A DNA stretch of 64,000 nucleotides from Candidatus Latescibacterota bacterium (lineage in GTDB: Bacteria; Latescibacterota; UBA2968), in contig OZ242010.1 of NCBI GenBank assembly GCA_965204745.1, positions 2,496,001 to 2,560,000 on the forward strand, written 5' to 3'. Each line of letters begins with the position of its first letter. The first letter of the stretch is position 1. Below the pieces are notes generated by a model, which worked only from the letters and a program-made list of their open reading frames with translations, made no database searches and was not told the origin of the DNA. Below are positions 52,370 to 63,500 of the stretch, piece by piece. Both the position numbers and the translations under genes were made by a program.

Positions 52370-53383
52370 ATGCCGCGGTTATGCTTTTTGATGGTGTGCA
52401 TCCTGCTTGTGGGTTGCACGGAACGCCAGGTCCGCATCCATTTTGAACGGGCCGAAAAGTATCGGCATGAGGGCAAAATTGATTTGGCGATTGAGGAATA
52501 CAAAGCCATTCTCGATCTCAGCCCGGATGCGTTTGACGCGCGCAACAACTTGGGGTATCTCTACGTTGAAAAAGGTCAGTATGCCCGAGCTATTATGCAC
52601 TATCGAAAAGCCATTGCCGCGAAGCCCGATTTTGCCGAGGCCCACTTCAACTTGGGCGTGGCTTATGTGGCGGAGGGCCAACTCGACAGCGCGGTTGCCG
52701 CTTACCAGCGCGCGGTGCAATACGATCCGGAAAACCACGAGATCCACAACAACTTGGGCGCGGCGCATACCATGCGCGGCGATTATCGAAAAGCCGAAAT
52801 GAGGTATCAACACGCCCTCGCGCTCGCGCCGGATTACGCGGATGTCCACCACAACTTGGGCCTGCTCTACACGTTTGAAGGGCGGTTTCGGGACGCCATT
52901 CCGCAGTATGAGAAGGCCATCCAGTACAAACCCAATTTCGCCGATGCGTATAACAACATGGGCAGCGCGTACATGGAATTAGGGGAAATCGAGGCCGCCA
53001 TGCGACACTTTCAAACGGCTCTTCGGCAACGACCCGATCACGCACTCGCCAAGGCCAATCTGCAAGAATCCAAAACGCGCCTCCAAGAGGCCCAACGCGC
53101 ACGGGACGCAGGCGAAATGCGCGCCCATCACATTCTCGCCAAAACCGAGTCGGATGCCCGCCAACTGCTCGATCAACTCGCTGCGGGCGCGGAATTTGAA
53201 ACGCTGGCGCGGCTCTATTCAATCGATCCCGCGGCTGGCCGAACCGGAGGCGACCTCGGCCCCTTTTTGCCCGGTACGCTCTTGCCCGAATTTGAGCGAG
53301 CGGTGCAAGAGATCAACCCCGGTCAAATCGGCGGCCCGGTCAAAACCGCGGCTGGGTATCACATCATCAAACGCATCTATTGA
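52370..53383 (+). CDS. TPR-repeat lipoprotein with C-terminal parvulin-type PPIase
   Basis: LLVGC lipobox, NNLG TPR repeats, HIL...GGDLG...GYHIIK. Confidence 0.88.
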   Translation: MPRLCFLMVCILLVGCTERQVRIHFERAEKYRHEGKIDLAIEEYKAILDLSPDAFDARNNLGYLYVEKGQYARAIMHYRKAIAAKPDFAEAHFNLGVAYVAEGQLDSAVAAYQRAVQYDPENHEIHNNLGAAHTMRGDYRKAEMRYQHALALAPDYADVHHNLGLLYTFEGRFRDAIPQYEKAIQYKPNFADAYNNMGSAYMELGEIEAAMRHFQTALRQRPDHALAKANLQESKTRLQEAQRARDAGEMRAHHILAKTESDARQLLDQLAAGAEFETLARLYSIDPAAGRTGGDLGPFLPGTLLPEFERAVQEINPGQIGGPVKTAAGYHIIKRIY

Positions 53384-53443
53384 TCTCGCGGTCTTAATCC
53401 TCGCGTTTTGACTGGGGAACTGCTATCGCAAAATTTGCTCCTG

Positions 53444-56335
53444 TCAATCCCCCATTGCAAACCGAATCTGCTTGCGTACACCGCGCGGGTTTGGGGCGTT
53501 CAAATCCGTTACCACCACCTCGATTTCCAATTGTTCTTCGCTGTGTTGCGGTACGTCTAACGCGATGTAGATCGGTTCCCATGTGTCTGTTCCGGTGTGT
53601 TCATAAGAGATCTGTACCCCATCGGCGCGTGGGGTTTGACCGAGTAGCCGCCCCAGTCCCCGAATCAACCGCATGCCCGTGCTCGGCATGCCCGTAAGCG
53701 CGTACTCGATGCGGTAGCGGGTTTGCCCGAACGCGTCGCGGGTCAAGTTGTACACCTCGTAATAGAGATACACCGCCTGCGCCTTTGCAAAGGTTTTGGA
53801 CGGCAGGGGCACGACCTGCAACCCCCCCTTCTGAAATTTCCCACCCGCGGTTTCTTCCTTTTCAACGATCTGTCCTGCCAATTCCAAATCGCTCAAGGCC
53901 AGTGCGTCGCCGCGGAAAGACGGCACGGTGACGTAGGTTTTGTGGACCTGAATTTTCTGGCTGATGGGATCGCGCACCTGAGCGGCCAAGAAGTACTGGC
54001 CCGGGGGCAGCGCGGTGGTCGCTTGATCCACGATCAGCGTCCCGTGATCGGTCGGGCCACTTAGGGCTTGTGCCACGCGCACGCTGTCTCGAAAAACCGG
54101 CTTCAGGGATCGGTCATAGACCGCGATTTCTCGGTCGAGCATCGCGTAAGACTTGCCGCCTCGAGATGCGGGGGTCAATGCCGCGATGGGCACGGCCATG
54201 TACACTTCCAGCTTCGTCTCGCGCTCGGATGTGCGGAAATTCGCCGCGTACATGTAAAAGTCCATGGGGTCGCCGCCGTAGTCATGCCGATAAACCGAGG
54301 GCGTGCGGTTGACGACTTGGGCCACCACCTTTTCGGGCGCGAGGCGCGTCCACAGCGCGCGGTTGGGCGAATTGGGTGGAATGGGCGCGAAATCGAAAAA
54401 GCCATTGCCCGTGGGATCCAAAAATGTGATCTCGATGCCGCCGGCGATGTCGGCGTAAATCCACGATTCCCACTTGTAGCCCAACTCCGATCCATCGCGC
54501 ATCACGCTGCGCCTGCGCGGTACCGGGAACGTGGGCACGCCGCGCAACTCGGCTGTCTCGGGGCCGGCGCCGTAGCCATAAGACGAACTCGACTGCCCGT
54601 GTACATGCTTGGTCGGCAACACTTCATCCAAGGCGTTTGCAGCGATCATATTCAGGCGGTTCTTGACCTTTGCCACCTTTTCGTCTGTCTCGAACACCAG
54701 ATAATCCGACCAAGTCCGATGGTCCGGATGCCCGAGCCGAATGTACACGTCGCCCCGGCGATCCCAGCCTCTGCCGTGCCATTCTTCCAGGCCTTCGGCA
54801 AAATTTGAGCGCGCGAAATACACGCGCCGGTAATGCTCTACGCGGCGTTCATTCACGGGCGTGGTCGGCGTGGGATCGGCCTCCAGCCAAAAGACGTTCC
54901 GCAATCTGGATAGGGACCGCCCGAACGCGCCTTTGATCTTGGCTAGCACTTCGGCAGGGGCTATCAGGGACAGGTCTTGGTAATACGCCCGGTCGGTCGG
55001 GCCCAAAACCCGAAAGTACTGTTCAAACGCCTTTTGTGCTCGGGCAAAATCCCCGCGTTCAATACAAGTCTGCGCCAGCAAGGGGAGATAGTCTTTGGGT
55101 TTTGTCTTTGCCATATCCTGCAATTCGTCCAAGCTATGGGTTTCCTCGCCCGCGGCTTTCAGGCGCATCGCCACATGCGCCAGGCGCGAAGGCGTGATGG
55201 GATGCGCGGGATTCACCGCCAGTTGCCGGGAATAGGCTTTCATCGCCTTGTCGTAGTAGCGCAGGGATTCGTAAAACACGCCCAACTTGAAATGCGCGTC
55301 GTAGTGGTCGGGAAACCGCTCGATGACATGCCCGAAATAGTGATCCAGATCCACGCGGTCCATCCCCACCATCGCCAGATGGCACATGCCCAGATTGTAG
55401 TGGGCTGCCGCGTACGCGTCGTCCATTGCACAGGTTTCCCGAAACAAGCGCGATGCGCGGGATTTTTGCCCCGGCATTTTTAATGCGGCGAGCGCCCGGC
55501 CATTGCGCGCTTCCACGAATTTTTTGTTCTTTTTGATGGCGTCCAAAAAGAGTGCTTCGGCTGTTTTCACGTCGTCTCGTTCCAAGCGGAGATAGCCGAG
55601 CGCGCACATCGCCACGGCGTCCTTGGGATGGAGAATGAGCATGCGGTCGCAAATGCGGGCGGCCTCGGCGACTTGCTTTTCATCTGGGGCCTGCGCTCGG
55701 GTGGTGTATTTTTTTGGGATCAGATCCCCGCGCTCAAAATACGCATCGGACACGGTCACATGGCGGCGCCCAAAGTGGTAGTCGTAATAGTACTTCAGCA
55801 CGAGCGGATTGCGCGCCCGCCAGAATCGCGCCAGAAATGGCCCCTTGGCTTTTCTATCCAATGCCTTGTAAAAAGCCGCGGTGTCCGCATCGGCGATCTC
55901 GCCCAAAATCAGGCCCGCGACTCGGTCTTCAACTTCCCCGAAACTCGCTTGCAACACCACCTCGGCGATCTGCCTATCGGCCTCGCGTGCTTCGCCTTCT
56001 CGGTCGATCATTTTGATGAGCGATCTCTGCACCCGCAATTCGCCGATAGATGTTTTGATCGCGACCTCGGTTTCGGTTTCGGTCGCGATCTCGCCCTTGA
56101 GCACCGTGCCATCCTCGAGCAAGACCGTGACATTGCGCGAGGGGCGTTCGATCATTTTGATGAGCGACTTCGCCACCCTGAGTTCACCCATCGCCGTTTT
56201 GATCACGACCTCGGTTTCGGTTTCGGTCGCGATCTCGCCCTTGAGCACCGTGCCATCCTCGAGCAAGACCGTGGCGCCATCAGCCGAACTCAAAAATACG
56301 CAGAGCAGCATGGCTATGAGTTGGAGAATTTTCAT
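53444..56335 (-). CDS. GWxTD-domain TPR protein, secreted
   Basis: Signal peptide; FWLEADPTPTTPVNERRVEHYRRV, GWDRRGDVYIRLGHPD; TPRs. Confidence 0.85.
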   Translation of the reverse strand: MKILQLIAMLLCVFLSSADGATVLLEDGTVLKGEIATETETEVVIKTAMGELRVAKSLIKMIERPSRNVTVLLEDGTVLKGEIATETETEVAIKTSIGELRVQRSLIKMIDREGEAREADRQIAEVVLQASFGEVEDRVAGLILGEIADADTAAFYKALDRKAKGPFLARFWRARNPLVLKYYYDYHFGRRHVTVSDAYFERGDLIPKKYTTRAQAPDEKQVAEAARICDRMLILHPKDAVAMCALGYLRLERDDVKTAEALFLDAIKKNKKFVEARNGRALAALKMPGQKSRASRLFRETCAMDDAYAAAHYNLGMCHLAMVGMDRVDLDHYFGHVIERFPDHYDAHFKLGVFYESLRYYDKAMKAYSRQLAVNPAHPITPSRLAHVAMRLKAAGEETHSLDELQDMAKTKPKDYLPLLAQTCIERGDFARAQKAFEQYFRVLGPTDRAYYQDLSLIAPAEVLAKIKGAFGRSLSRLRNVFWLEADPTPTTPVNERRVEHYRRVYFARSNFAEGLEEWHGRGWDRRGDVYIRLGHPDHRTWSDYLVFETDEKVAKVKNRLNMIAANALDEVLPTKHVHGQSSSSYGYGAGPETAELRGVPTFPVPRRRSVMRDGSELGYKWESWIYADIAGGIEITFLDPTGNGFFDFAPIPPNSPNRALWTRLAPEKVVAQVVNRTPSVYRHDYGGDPMDFYMYAANFRTSERETKLEVYMAVPIAALTPASRGGKSYAMLDREIAVYDRSLKPVFRDSVRVAQALSGPTDHGTLIVDQATTALPPGQYFLAAQVRDPISQKIQVHKTYVTVPSFRGDALALSDLELAGQIVEKEETAGGKFQKGGLQVVPLPSKTFAKAQAVYLYYEVYNLTRDAFGQTRYRIEYALTGMPSTGMRLIRGLGRLLGQTPRADGVQISYEHTGTDTWEPIYIALDVPQHSEEQLEIEVVVTDLNAPNPRGVRKQIRFAMGD

Positions 56336-56371
56336 CTGTCGCGTCCAAAAAAATTTGGCAATACATGGGAA

Positions 56372-56428
56372 TTGACTTTGAAAATATAACAGGGTATCTT
56401 TAGGAAAATCGTTTTTGATATTCAAAAA
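56372..56428 (+). promoter_or_regulatory. Sigma70-like promoter plus palindromic operator-like site
   Basis: TTGACT-17 bp-TATCTT; TTTTTGA-TAT-TCAAAAA at 56412-56428. Confidence 0.55.
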
Positions 56429-56445
56429 TCAGGAGGTGAATTTCT

Positions 56446-56610
56446 ATGGGCAAGATCAGAAGAGTGATTAAAGATGCTGAAAAATCTGCCTCTGTAAGCC
56501 GAGAGCAGGTTGAGGTGGCGGCTCAGAAAATCAAAGCAAACCGCCCGGCTACCTTTGAGACAAAACCCGATGTTCTGAAAAGTGCGCCCACACTTCATCC
56601 AAATAAGTAA
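56446..56610 (+). CDS. Small basic hypothetical protein (54 aa, not in ORF track)
   Basis: AGGAGGT SD; MGKIRRVIKDAEKSASVSREQVEVAAQKIKANRPATFETKPDVLKSAPTLHPNK. Confidence 0.6.
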   Translation: MGKIRRVIKDAEKSASVSREQVEVAAQKIKANRPATFETKPDVLKSAPTLHPNK

Positions 56611-56701
56611 TACCAATTTGATTTTATATTTTTCGCATCTTGCCTCACATCAGGAATGAATGAGGAATAGACGGTCCGTAGGGATCATGCGGTGCTGGTC
56701 T

Positions 56702-57135
56702 AAAACATTTGGCCTTACAGCCTCGGTTGTTGCCTTCGATGCCTTCGGCGACCTACTTTTTTTCAACAGCAAAAAAAAGTAGGCAAAAAATGCCGCTCTC
56801 AAACGCCGAGGGGCTTGCACAGCGCAAATCGCTTTTGTAACAGAACGATATACGCCAGCCTGCAAGGTGGGTTGCATAATGGAGGTTGGTTGCGAGACGG
56901 ACTTGCGCGCTGTGCGTGATGGCTTTAGCTGATGGGCTTTTGCGAGAGCACTTGTTGGGATGCCTTATTGAACTGCGGAACGTCAGTGAATACGATGAGA
57001 GGGGTAGCAAAAGCGAAAAAGTTGAAGGAGCGATTGTCCGAGTTTCTCAAACCGAGAGCATATTCTGCGATAGGGCTTGATTTCTCGATAAACCGCCCAT
57101 CCAGTTGCATGGCTCGTAAATGTCAACACAACCTA
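56702..57135 (-). mobile_element. MITE-like non-coding element, partial copy
   Basis: Homologous to 10282-10570 in reverse; ends AAATGTCAACACAACCTA (opposite TIR). Confidence 0.8.
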
Positions 57136-57186
57136 ATCGCATTGGAAAAATACAATACCCCTTCCCCTCGTACCTGTCAAGCCATG

Positions 57187-57225
57187 AAAAACGGCGGATG
57201 GACATTGCGTCCCTCCGCCGTTTGT
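57187..57225 (-). terminator. Probable terminator after porV-like gene
   Basis: AAAACGGCGGA...TCCGCCGTTT hairpin. Confidence 0.6.
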
Positions 57226-57252
57226 TTTACATCCGCCGTTGTGTTTCAAGGG

Positions 57253-58338
57253 CTAAAAATCGACTGCCCCTGAAATCACATGGACAGAGGAGAAGTAATT
57301 GGTGTCGAATTGCTTGTAGGCATAATCGATCTTCACGCCTCTGCCGGATTCGGTCAAATACTTCAGCCCGCCGCCAAAAGCAAAGCTCTCGGTATCGTGA
57401 TTGGTCTTGTAGCCCGCGCGCCCAGAAAAGCCGATGGGACTGCCGGCGGCTTGGAACGTGTACTCCAGGCCGATCAAAACCTGCTCGTCAAAATCCACGG
57501 GATTCGTCACGTCAAACGCCAAATTCAGGTGATGCGGTACGGGGAGGTTGCCCATCATGGACAACACATCCACCAGCAGGCCGAGACGAATATTGCGCGG
57601 CAACTCGAAGGACTCGCGCTGGTAGGTCAGTTCCTGGCTGTAATTTTGCACGGTCATCGCCAGCACTGTATTGCGGAAGCCCGTATTGAAATACGTGCCC
57701 AGATCCACGGCAAACGCGGTCTTGGCATTATCCACAGTGGTGCGATTGCCGCCGATCAAGACATTGCCCGTGCCCAGGTTTTGACTGGCGAGTTTCACAT
57801 TGGCACCGATTGAAAAGCGATCCGTGATCTTCAACCCATAAGCCACAGAGAACGCATAGTTCGACGTGGTGAAGGTGCCGGTATCTGTAAAACCCTCGCC
57901 CGTGGGGTCTGGATCTATTGCCGTGCCATTGAACGTGCCCGCGTCATAGGTCACAAAGCCGAGGCCAAACGTGCCGCGACCGGGAATGTTGAGGGCCGCG
58001 CCAGCGACTTGGCTTTTGGTATTGGCAATCCAGGAAACATAGGTGAAAAAGGCTTCGCGCCCATCGAAAAACGCCAGTGTTGCGGGATTGGTGAACACGC
58101 CGGCTGCAGAGCCGATCATCCCGGTGCCCGCTCCGGCAAGCGCGGCGGACCGCGCATTGGTCGGCAGTTTCAAAAACGCAAAGCCCGCTTGCCCAACTTT
58201 GACAAACGCGGGATTCAGCTCTTCGGAACCGCCATCTGGCAAAATGGGTTGCAAATCCCGAATTTGTGCTTCTGATGTGGGGGCCATCAACCCGACGAAC
58301 AACGCGGTCAGCATGGCGGCCCAGTTCATTCGTTTCAC
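57253..58338 (-). CDS. PorV/PorQ family outer membrane protein
   Basis: GQAGFAFLKLPTNARSAALAG, FTNPA, DLGTYFNTGFR, terminal Phe. Confidence 0.85.
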   Translation of the reverse strand: MKRMNWAAMLTALFVGLMAPTSEAQIRDLQPILPDGGSEELNPAFVKVGQAGFAFLKLPTNARSAALAGAGTGMIGSAAGVFTNPATLAFFDGREAFFTYVSWIANTKSQVAGAALNIPGRGTFGLGFVTYDAGTFNGTAIDPDPTGEGFTDTGTFTTSNYAFSVAYGLKITDRFSIGANVKLASQNLGTGNVLIGGNRTTVDNAKTAFAVDLGTYFNTGFRNTVLAMTVQNYSQELTYQRESFELPRNIRLGLLVDVLSMMGNLPVPHHLNLAFDVTNPVDFDEQVLIGLEYTFQAAGSPIGFSGRAGYKTNHDTESFAFGGGLKYLTESGRGVKIDYAYKQFDTNYFSSVHVISGAVDF

Positions 58339-58365
58339 AACGTACCTCCTTAAAATCGTCGACTT

Positions 58366-60498
58366 TTACCTGACCACGACAAAGCGTTCGATGTGTGTGG
58401 CACCGGTTGCCGTGTCTTCGATGTGGGCGAAGTAAATCCCACTCACCAAGAACTGATTGTTGTCCGAAATCATCAAATCCCACGACTCATCGCCAGACCC
58501 AGAGGTGTGGTCGATGCGCGTGATCAGATCGCCCGTAATCGTAAAGACGCGAATGATCGCATTTGCGGGCAGGTTCACAAACTGGAGTTTGTTGGGCTGA
58601 CCCTGGTAGTTGTACCCGTTGTCGTCGAGTTGCCCGCCCTGCACCTGATAGGGATTGGGCACGACGCGAACCCGCGTAATGTCGTTGGCCGGCCCGCGGA
58701 AGGGGCTGATGCCATCGGCTTCGGTGCGCGTGGCAAAGCGGCTGCTCTCCAAGCCATCGGCATCGACCGCTGTCACGGAGTAATAGTAGCGCGTGCCGCG
58801 AAGGGCGGTCTCGTCGCTAAACGAGGTGCCGGTCGGCATGCCGATCAACTCGGGCACTTCCGTGTGCCGGCCCGCGTAGCGATAGACGTGGTACTTGTCC
58901 GCGCCGGAAACCGCATCCCAACTCAGTGAGTTGATATCCGGCCCCGATGTCACCTCGAAGCGCGCGGGCCAATTGGGCGTGGGCGGCAAGGAGGGCATCG
59001 CGCCCCTGCGATTTGCCCATGCCTGGCGCGCGACGGCCACAGTCGCCATCAGCGAATCGAGGCCGCTGTCGAGGAACGCCTCTTTTTCATCAAACGAAAT
59101 CGTGCCATCTGCCCACTGCTTTCCAACGCGCTTGTTCTCCGATTCAGAGGGCCCGGCGACGATCACTGCGGACACGATGTGAATGCTCTGCCCGAGTTCC
59201 AAGTCCCAGGGGCCAAAGGTCGTCACCCACTGATAAATTTGCTCGGTGGTGACATACCCGGGGCGGTCGGGATCGGAAACGGCAATGCGATCCTCTCTCA
59301 TCGCGTTCGGTTGCACGTAAAAGTCGTGCACGGTTCTGCGATCTGCCGTGCGCGTGCTCGTCCACACTTCGCCCGGCACCCAGCGCACCTGACGCGGCTG
59401 TGCATTTTCGGGATCGGACGTGTCGTCCAACCAGTTTTCGCTGAACACATTGGGATCGTTTGTGGGGGTTTTATCCACGTGCAAAAACACGCGGCCCTTG
59501 TAGTGCGATTCCATAAACTCGCCCGCGCTGATGTTGGCAGCGCGCACCGCGTCGAGCAAGTCGCCAGAAGCGGGCGCGGGTTCGCCGCGATCATCGCCAT
59601 CGGGCCGATAGCCCGACTTATCGCTGTCGTCGCCATCGTGGATGTAGAGCAATTTTTCGTCGTCATCCCAATAGTTGACTTCGTCCCAGATGCCGCCGGC
59701 GAGCAAGCCGGCATCGTAAGCGCGACCGCCATCTTCGGCGGTGATCGTGATATGCGCCCCGCCCGCAGGGCCTGAGCCACCGCGCTGCAAATAGTAGTTC
59801 AGCCCGACGTAGAAATCGTCGTAAGACGGATTTTTCTGCGCGGTTTCCGGGCTCGAGGCAATGCCGCGCTCGCCCGCGCGCAGATCGACCACATGCGGCG
59901 TTTGCGGATAGGTGATCGTCGTGACTTCAAAGACCATGTCGTCGGCATTTGCGTTTGCCCAAGAATAGGTTTCGCGCACGATCCGCAAGCCTTCGGAGTT
60001 GACGATTGTGCTGCTGATCATCAAATCCGCGCCCAACTCCGACCGCGTGCCATCGCCGTATTCGGGGAACACGCGCCAGTTGGTCCGCAAAAGCTCTTTG
60101 CCATCCTGAACGATGGTTGGGGGCGCGACTCGGAAAAACTTCGGATTGGGCAAGTTCAACCGCGTTTCCGTTCCGCCCAACTTTGAAGGCGAAAAATCGG
60201 CGAGGTCGTCGAGCAGGTCATTGCACCAGGGGCTTTGCGTGGTGTTCACCAAGGATTGCCCGCCTTCGTAGTAACTGGGCACATTAAACGTGGAATACAG
60301 GCCCACCACGGCCATACCCGCATTTCCGACTCGATACCCGATATCGGGATCGGTATCGGCCGTCTCGAGGCCGCCCGGCCAAATCAGCCGCGACGAGGTC
60401 CAAAGCGTGCCGACCTCGTGGCTTTGTGCCTGGGCACTGCCGGCCATCAGCACGACCATCAAGCATGTGGAAAGAATCCACAATCCAAAACGTTTCAT
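58366..60498 (-). CDS. Secreted protein with FN3 domain and T9SS-type C-terminal sorting domain
   Basis: Signal peptide; YYYSVTAVD; VRVVPNPY...FVNLP...IRVFTITGDLI...SGIYF...FVVVR. Confidence 0.8.
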   Translation of the reverse strand: MKRFGLWILSTCLMVVLMAGSAQAQSHEVGTLWTSSRLIWPGGLETADTDPDIGYRVGNAGMAVVGLYSTFNVPSYYEGGQSLVNTTQSPWCNDLLDDLADFSPSKLGGTETRLNLPNPKFFRVAPPTIVQDGKELLRTNWRVFPEYGDGTRSELGADLMISSTIVNSEGLRIVRETYSWANANADDMVFEVTTITYPQTPHVVDLRAGERGIASSPETAQKNPSYDDFYVGLNYYLQRGGSGPAGGAHITITAEDGGRAYDAGLLAGGIWDEVNYWDDDEKLLYIHDGDDSDKSGYRPDGDDRGEPAPASGDLLDAVRAANISAGEFMESHYKGRVFLHVDKTPTNDPNVFSENWLDDTSDPENAQPRQVRWVPGEVWTSTRTADRRTVHDFYVQPNAMREDRIAVSDPDRPGYVTTEQIYQWVTTFGPWDLELGQSIHIVSAVIVAGPSESENKRVGKQWADGTISFDEKEAFLDSGLDSLMATVAVARQAWANRRGAMPSLPPTPNWPARFEVTSGPDINSLSWDAVSGADKYHVYRYAGRHTEVPELIGMPTGTSFSDETALRGTRYYYSVTAVDADGLESSRFATRTEADGISPFRGPANDITRVRVVPNPYQVQGGQLDDNGYNYQGQPNKLQFVNLPANAIIRVFTITGDLITRIDHTSGSGDESWDLMISDNNQFLVSGIYFAHIEDTATGATHIERFVVVR

Positions 60499-60569
60499 AA
60501 GCAAGGTACTCCTTCAAAACTATCGGCCACAGCCGCTCGCCCTATCGGCGGGAGAGCGGCGATGGGGCC

Positions 60570-63500
60570 CTAAAATGAAAATCGCAACCCAAACGCGATG
60601 TCGCGGCGGTCCAAATAGACCAGATACGGACGGCGCGTCTCTTGGAAATTATTCAAATCCACGTCGGAACCCGGACGGCTGCCTTCCTGCAAGTTGCCAC
60701 TGGAATCGACCGTCCACCCGAGCCGCTCCATATAGGCTCTTGCTTTGGCATCGTCGTTGGTGTTCGGATAATCCCAAACCTCGCCATCGAAGTCGCGGTG
60801 GTGGTTGAAGTTCTTGAAATTGAAGATGTTGTGGATCTCCAAGTACAACAGCGGCGCGCCCGCGATATCAAAGGCTTTTGATATCCGCAAGTCTGCGATG
60901 TTGCTGTCCGTCCACTGCACGTTCAACACATTTTGCAAGGCGGGGTCGTTGGTCGGATTGTAATTCATCCACCAACCGCCTTCGCGGCGGAAGAACAAGT
61001 TGGCTTCCCAACCGCCTTTCCACATGCGCTGTTCGGCGCCGTAGTCGAGCGGCGTGCGGAAGTTCAACCCCAACTTCCAAATTGGACGCGCTTTGAACGC
61101 CTCGTTGGCGGCATTGGCATTGACATCGATGAGCAAGCGGGAAGGCGTGGTCACGGTGTTCTGATCGTAGATTCTATCCCACCCAATTCGCCGCCTGCGT
61201 TCTTGGCGGTAATCGTAGGAAATGAAGCCCGTGAAGAACTGACCGCGCGATTTCTTGAAGGCGATCTCGTACCCGCGCACGTCTTTGATGCGGCCCGAAG
61301 TCGTCCAGCGCGTGCGTCTGCTGGTGCTGTTCAGGGTGTAATAGCTCGTGTTGGGTTCGAGTTCTTTGTCGATGTCTTTGAAATACACCGTGCTCGAAGC
61401 CAGGTACGTCCCTGCAAAGCTCTTTTCAAACCCGAGTTCATACGCGATAGTCTGCGGCATTTCCACCCAGGGGTTGCCGAAGTTTTCCAAAGGCTCGCCC
61501 GCGCCAGACTGCGCTCGGTAGAGTTCCACTGTCGTGGGCACCTGATAGAAGTGACCGTAGTTGAAGTAGAGCTTGGAGGTGGCGGTCGTCGGATGAGACA
61601 CGCCAAACCGCGGGCTCCACGTCCACTGGGTCGGCGCGCGAACCCTGCGCCGATTCTCGTACAGCCGCGTGGCATTTGAGCCGATGTATTCATCGTGCGG
61701 TTGGCCCACCAGGTCAAACCACTTGTCGGGACGGTGGAAGTCCAAGCGCAGGCCCGCGTTCACCACGATCTGCCGATATTCCATGCGGTCTTGAACGAAC
61801 AAACCGCCGTACCACGGCGTCTTGACATAGTAGTTGTGCAAGTTCGCGGTCTGCGTTGCCACGATATCGGCGGGATTGTCGCTTTCCCAACCATCGGGGC
61901 GGGTCGGCAAGGTGGAGACATAGCCGCGGAACTCTCGCAGGTAAAACGTATGCGCCTGAATCCCCGCTTTGATCTGGTGATGCGGCGTCATCTGGCTGGT
62001 GATGTCAAAGGTCAAATCGGTCTCTCGGATATAGGACCAATCCGCCGAGCGGCTCGATCCGCCGCCGCCGCGCAACCGGTAAATCCCCAAGATGTCGTTG
62101 CGCCGGTTGGCGTAGTTCCAGCCCACCGGGGCTTCGTCCAAAATCACGGCCCCGGCCGCTCGTGCGCGCTCGACATTCGCGTTGGGGGTGACGGCTTCGT
62201 TGCCTTCTTGAAATTGGGCGATCTCGGAGGCGTAATCTTCGAACTCTTCAATTCGGCCATCGGGATACACCGCGGCGCGGGGGATGCCTCGGGCCTGCGG
62301 TTTCTGCCAGGTGGCTTCCCAGTCCGTCCTGCCATAACGCGCCGTGAGGTTGTAAAAGGTTTTGGGCGACAAGGTGTGCGACCAGTTCAGGGTAAAATAG
62401 TTGCGGCCGATGGTCTGCTGGTTGTTCTGAGACCCGGGCGCAAACATCTGAACATCGTCAAAGCGGAGAGACGCCTCGTATTGCGATCTGACAAACGTGC
62501 CCGTAAAATCGCCGCGCTTCGCGCCATCGGCCCAACCGCGCAAATAACCCAACGACAGCTTTGTCGTGGCAGTCGGCGTCATCGTCAATTTGCCCTGCAA
62601 CATGTTGTCGCGGTACGACGTTTTGGACAGGTCGTACACATAGGCCGTGCGCTCGCGCTGGCTGGTCACCATCAACGACAACTTGTCGCTGATGATGGGC
62701 GTGCCAAGGGTCGCGTCGTAGTGATAATCCGCTTCGCGATCCCCTGCATTGGCATTGTAGCCATCGTTGCCATCGAGTTCAAAATTGCGATGTTGCCACG
62801 CCCAGATGCCTTTGGCCTGGGCAATGGATTGGATCGGGTCGTCAAAAATGCCCGCGGTCCAGTTGCCCTCGGCGCCGCCGCGATCCGCAAATTCCTGCGT
62901 CCAACCCTTAAAATCGGGGGTGCCATCGCCATTGAGATCTGCGGTGGGGGTATCGCTTTCAAACCGGCCGACATCCCACCAGTTGTCCGAACTGTACACT
63001 TCGGGGCCAAAGTGCTTGCGCCCAGCGGGATTGAACCGCGCATCCGCGTTGATCGTGAACTGGCGCGGCTCGCGGGTGACGATGTTGACGACGCCACTGC
63101 GAACATCCCCATACTCCGCGCTAAAACCACCCGTCAAAATTTGCACTTCGGCCAGATTTGTTTTGCTAAACGAAGAATACGGCCGGTTGTTGCGGTTGTC
63201 TTTCATGCCCACGCCGTCTAGCGTGTACAGCAATTCCTCTTCGCTCGCGCCGCGAATGGTCAACCCCCAGGCGTCGCGATCCACGCCGACCTGCGTGGCA
63301 AACGCATCGCGCAAGCGCGGCCCCGTGGGGGTCTCGCGCACCTCGGTCGCCTTCATAATCGTTTGGGCGTAGGAGACTTCCAATTCGATGGGCGGGCGCT
63401 CGGCCACAACCGTGATCTCGCTCAATTCGACGGTCGATTCCGTCAGGGAAAAATTCACCGGCGAGGTGCGGTCCACACTCACCACCACATCCGTCTTGCT

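Noticed and set aside
61695-63221. 508-aa plus-strand ORF
   Set aside because: Antisense shadow of the TonB-dependent receptor
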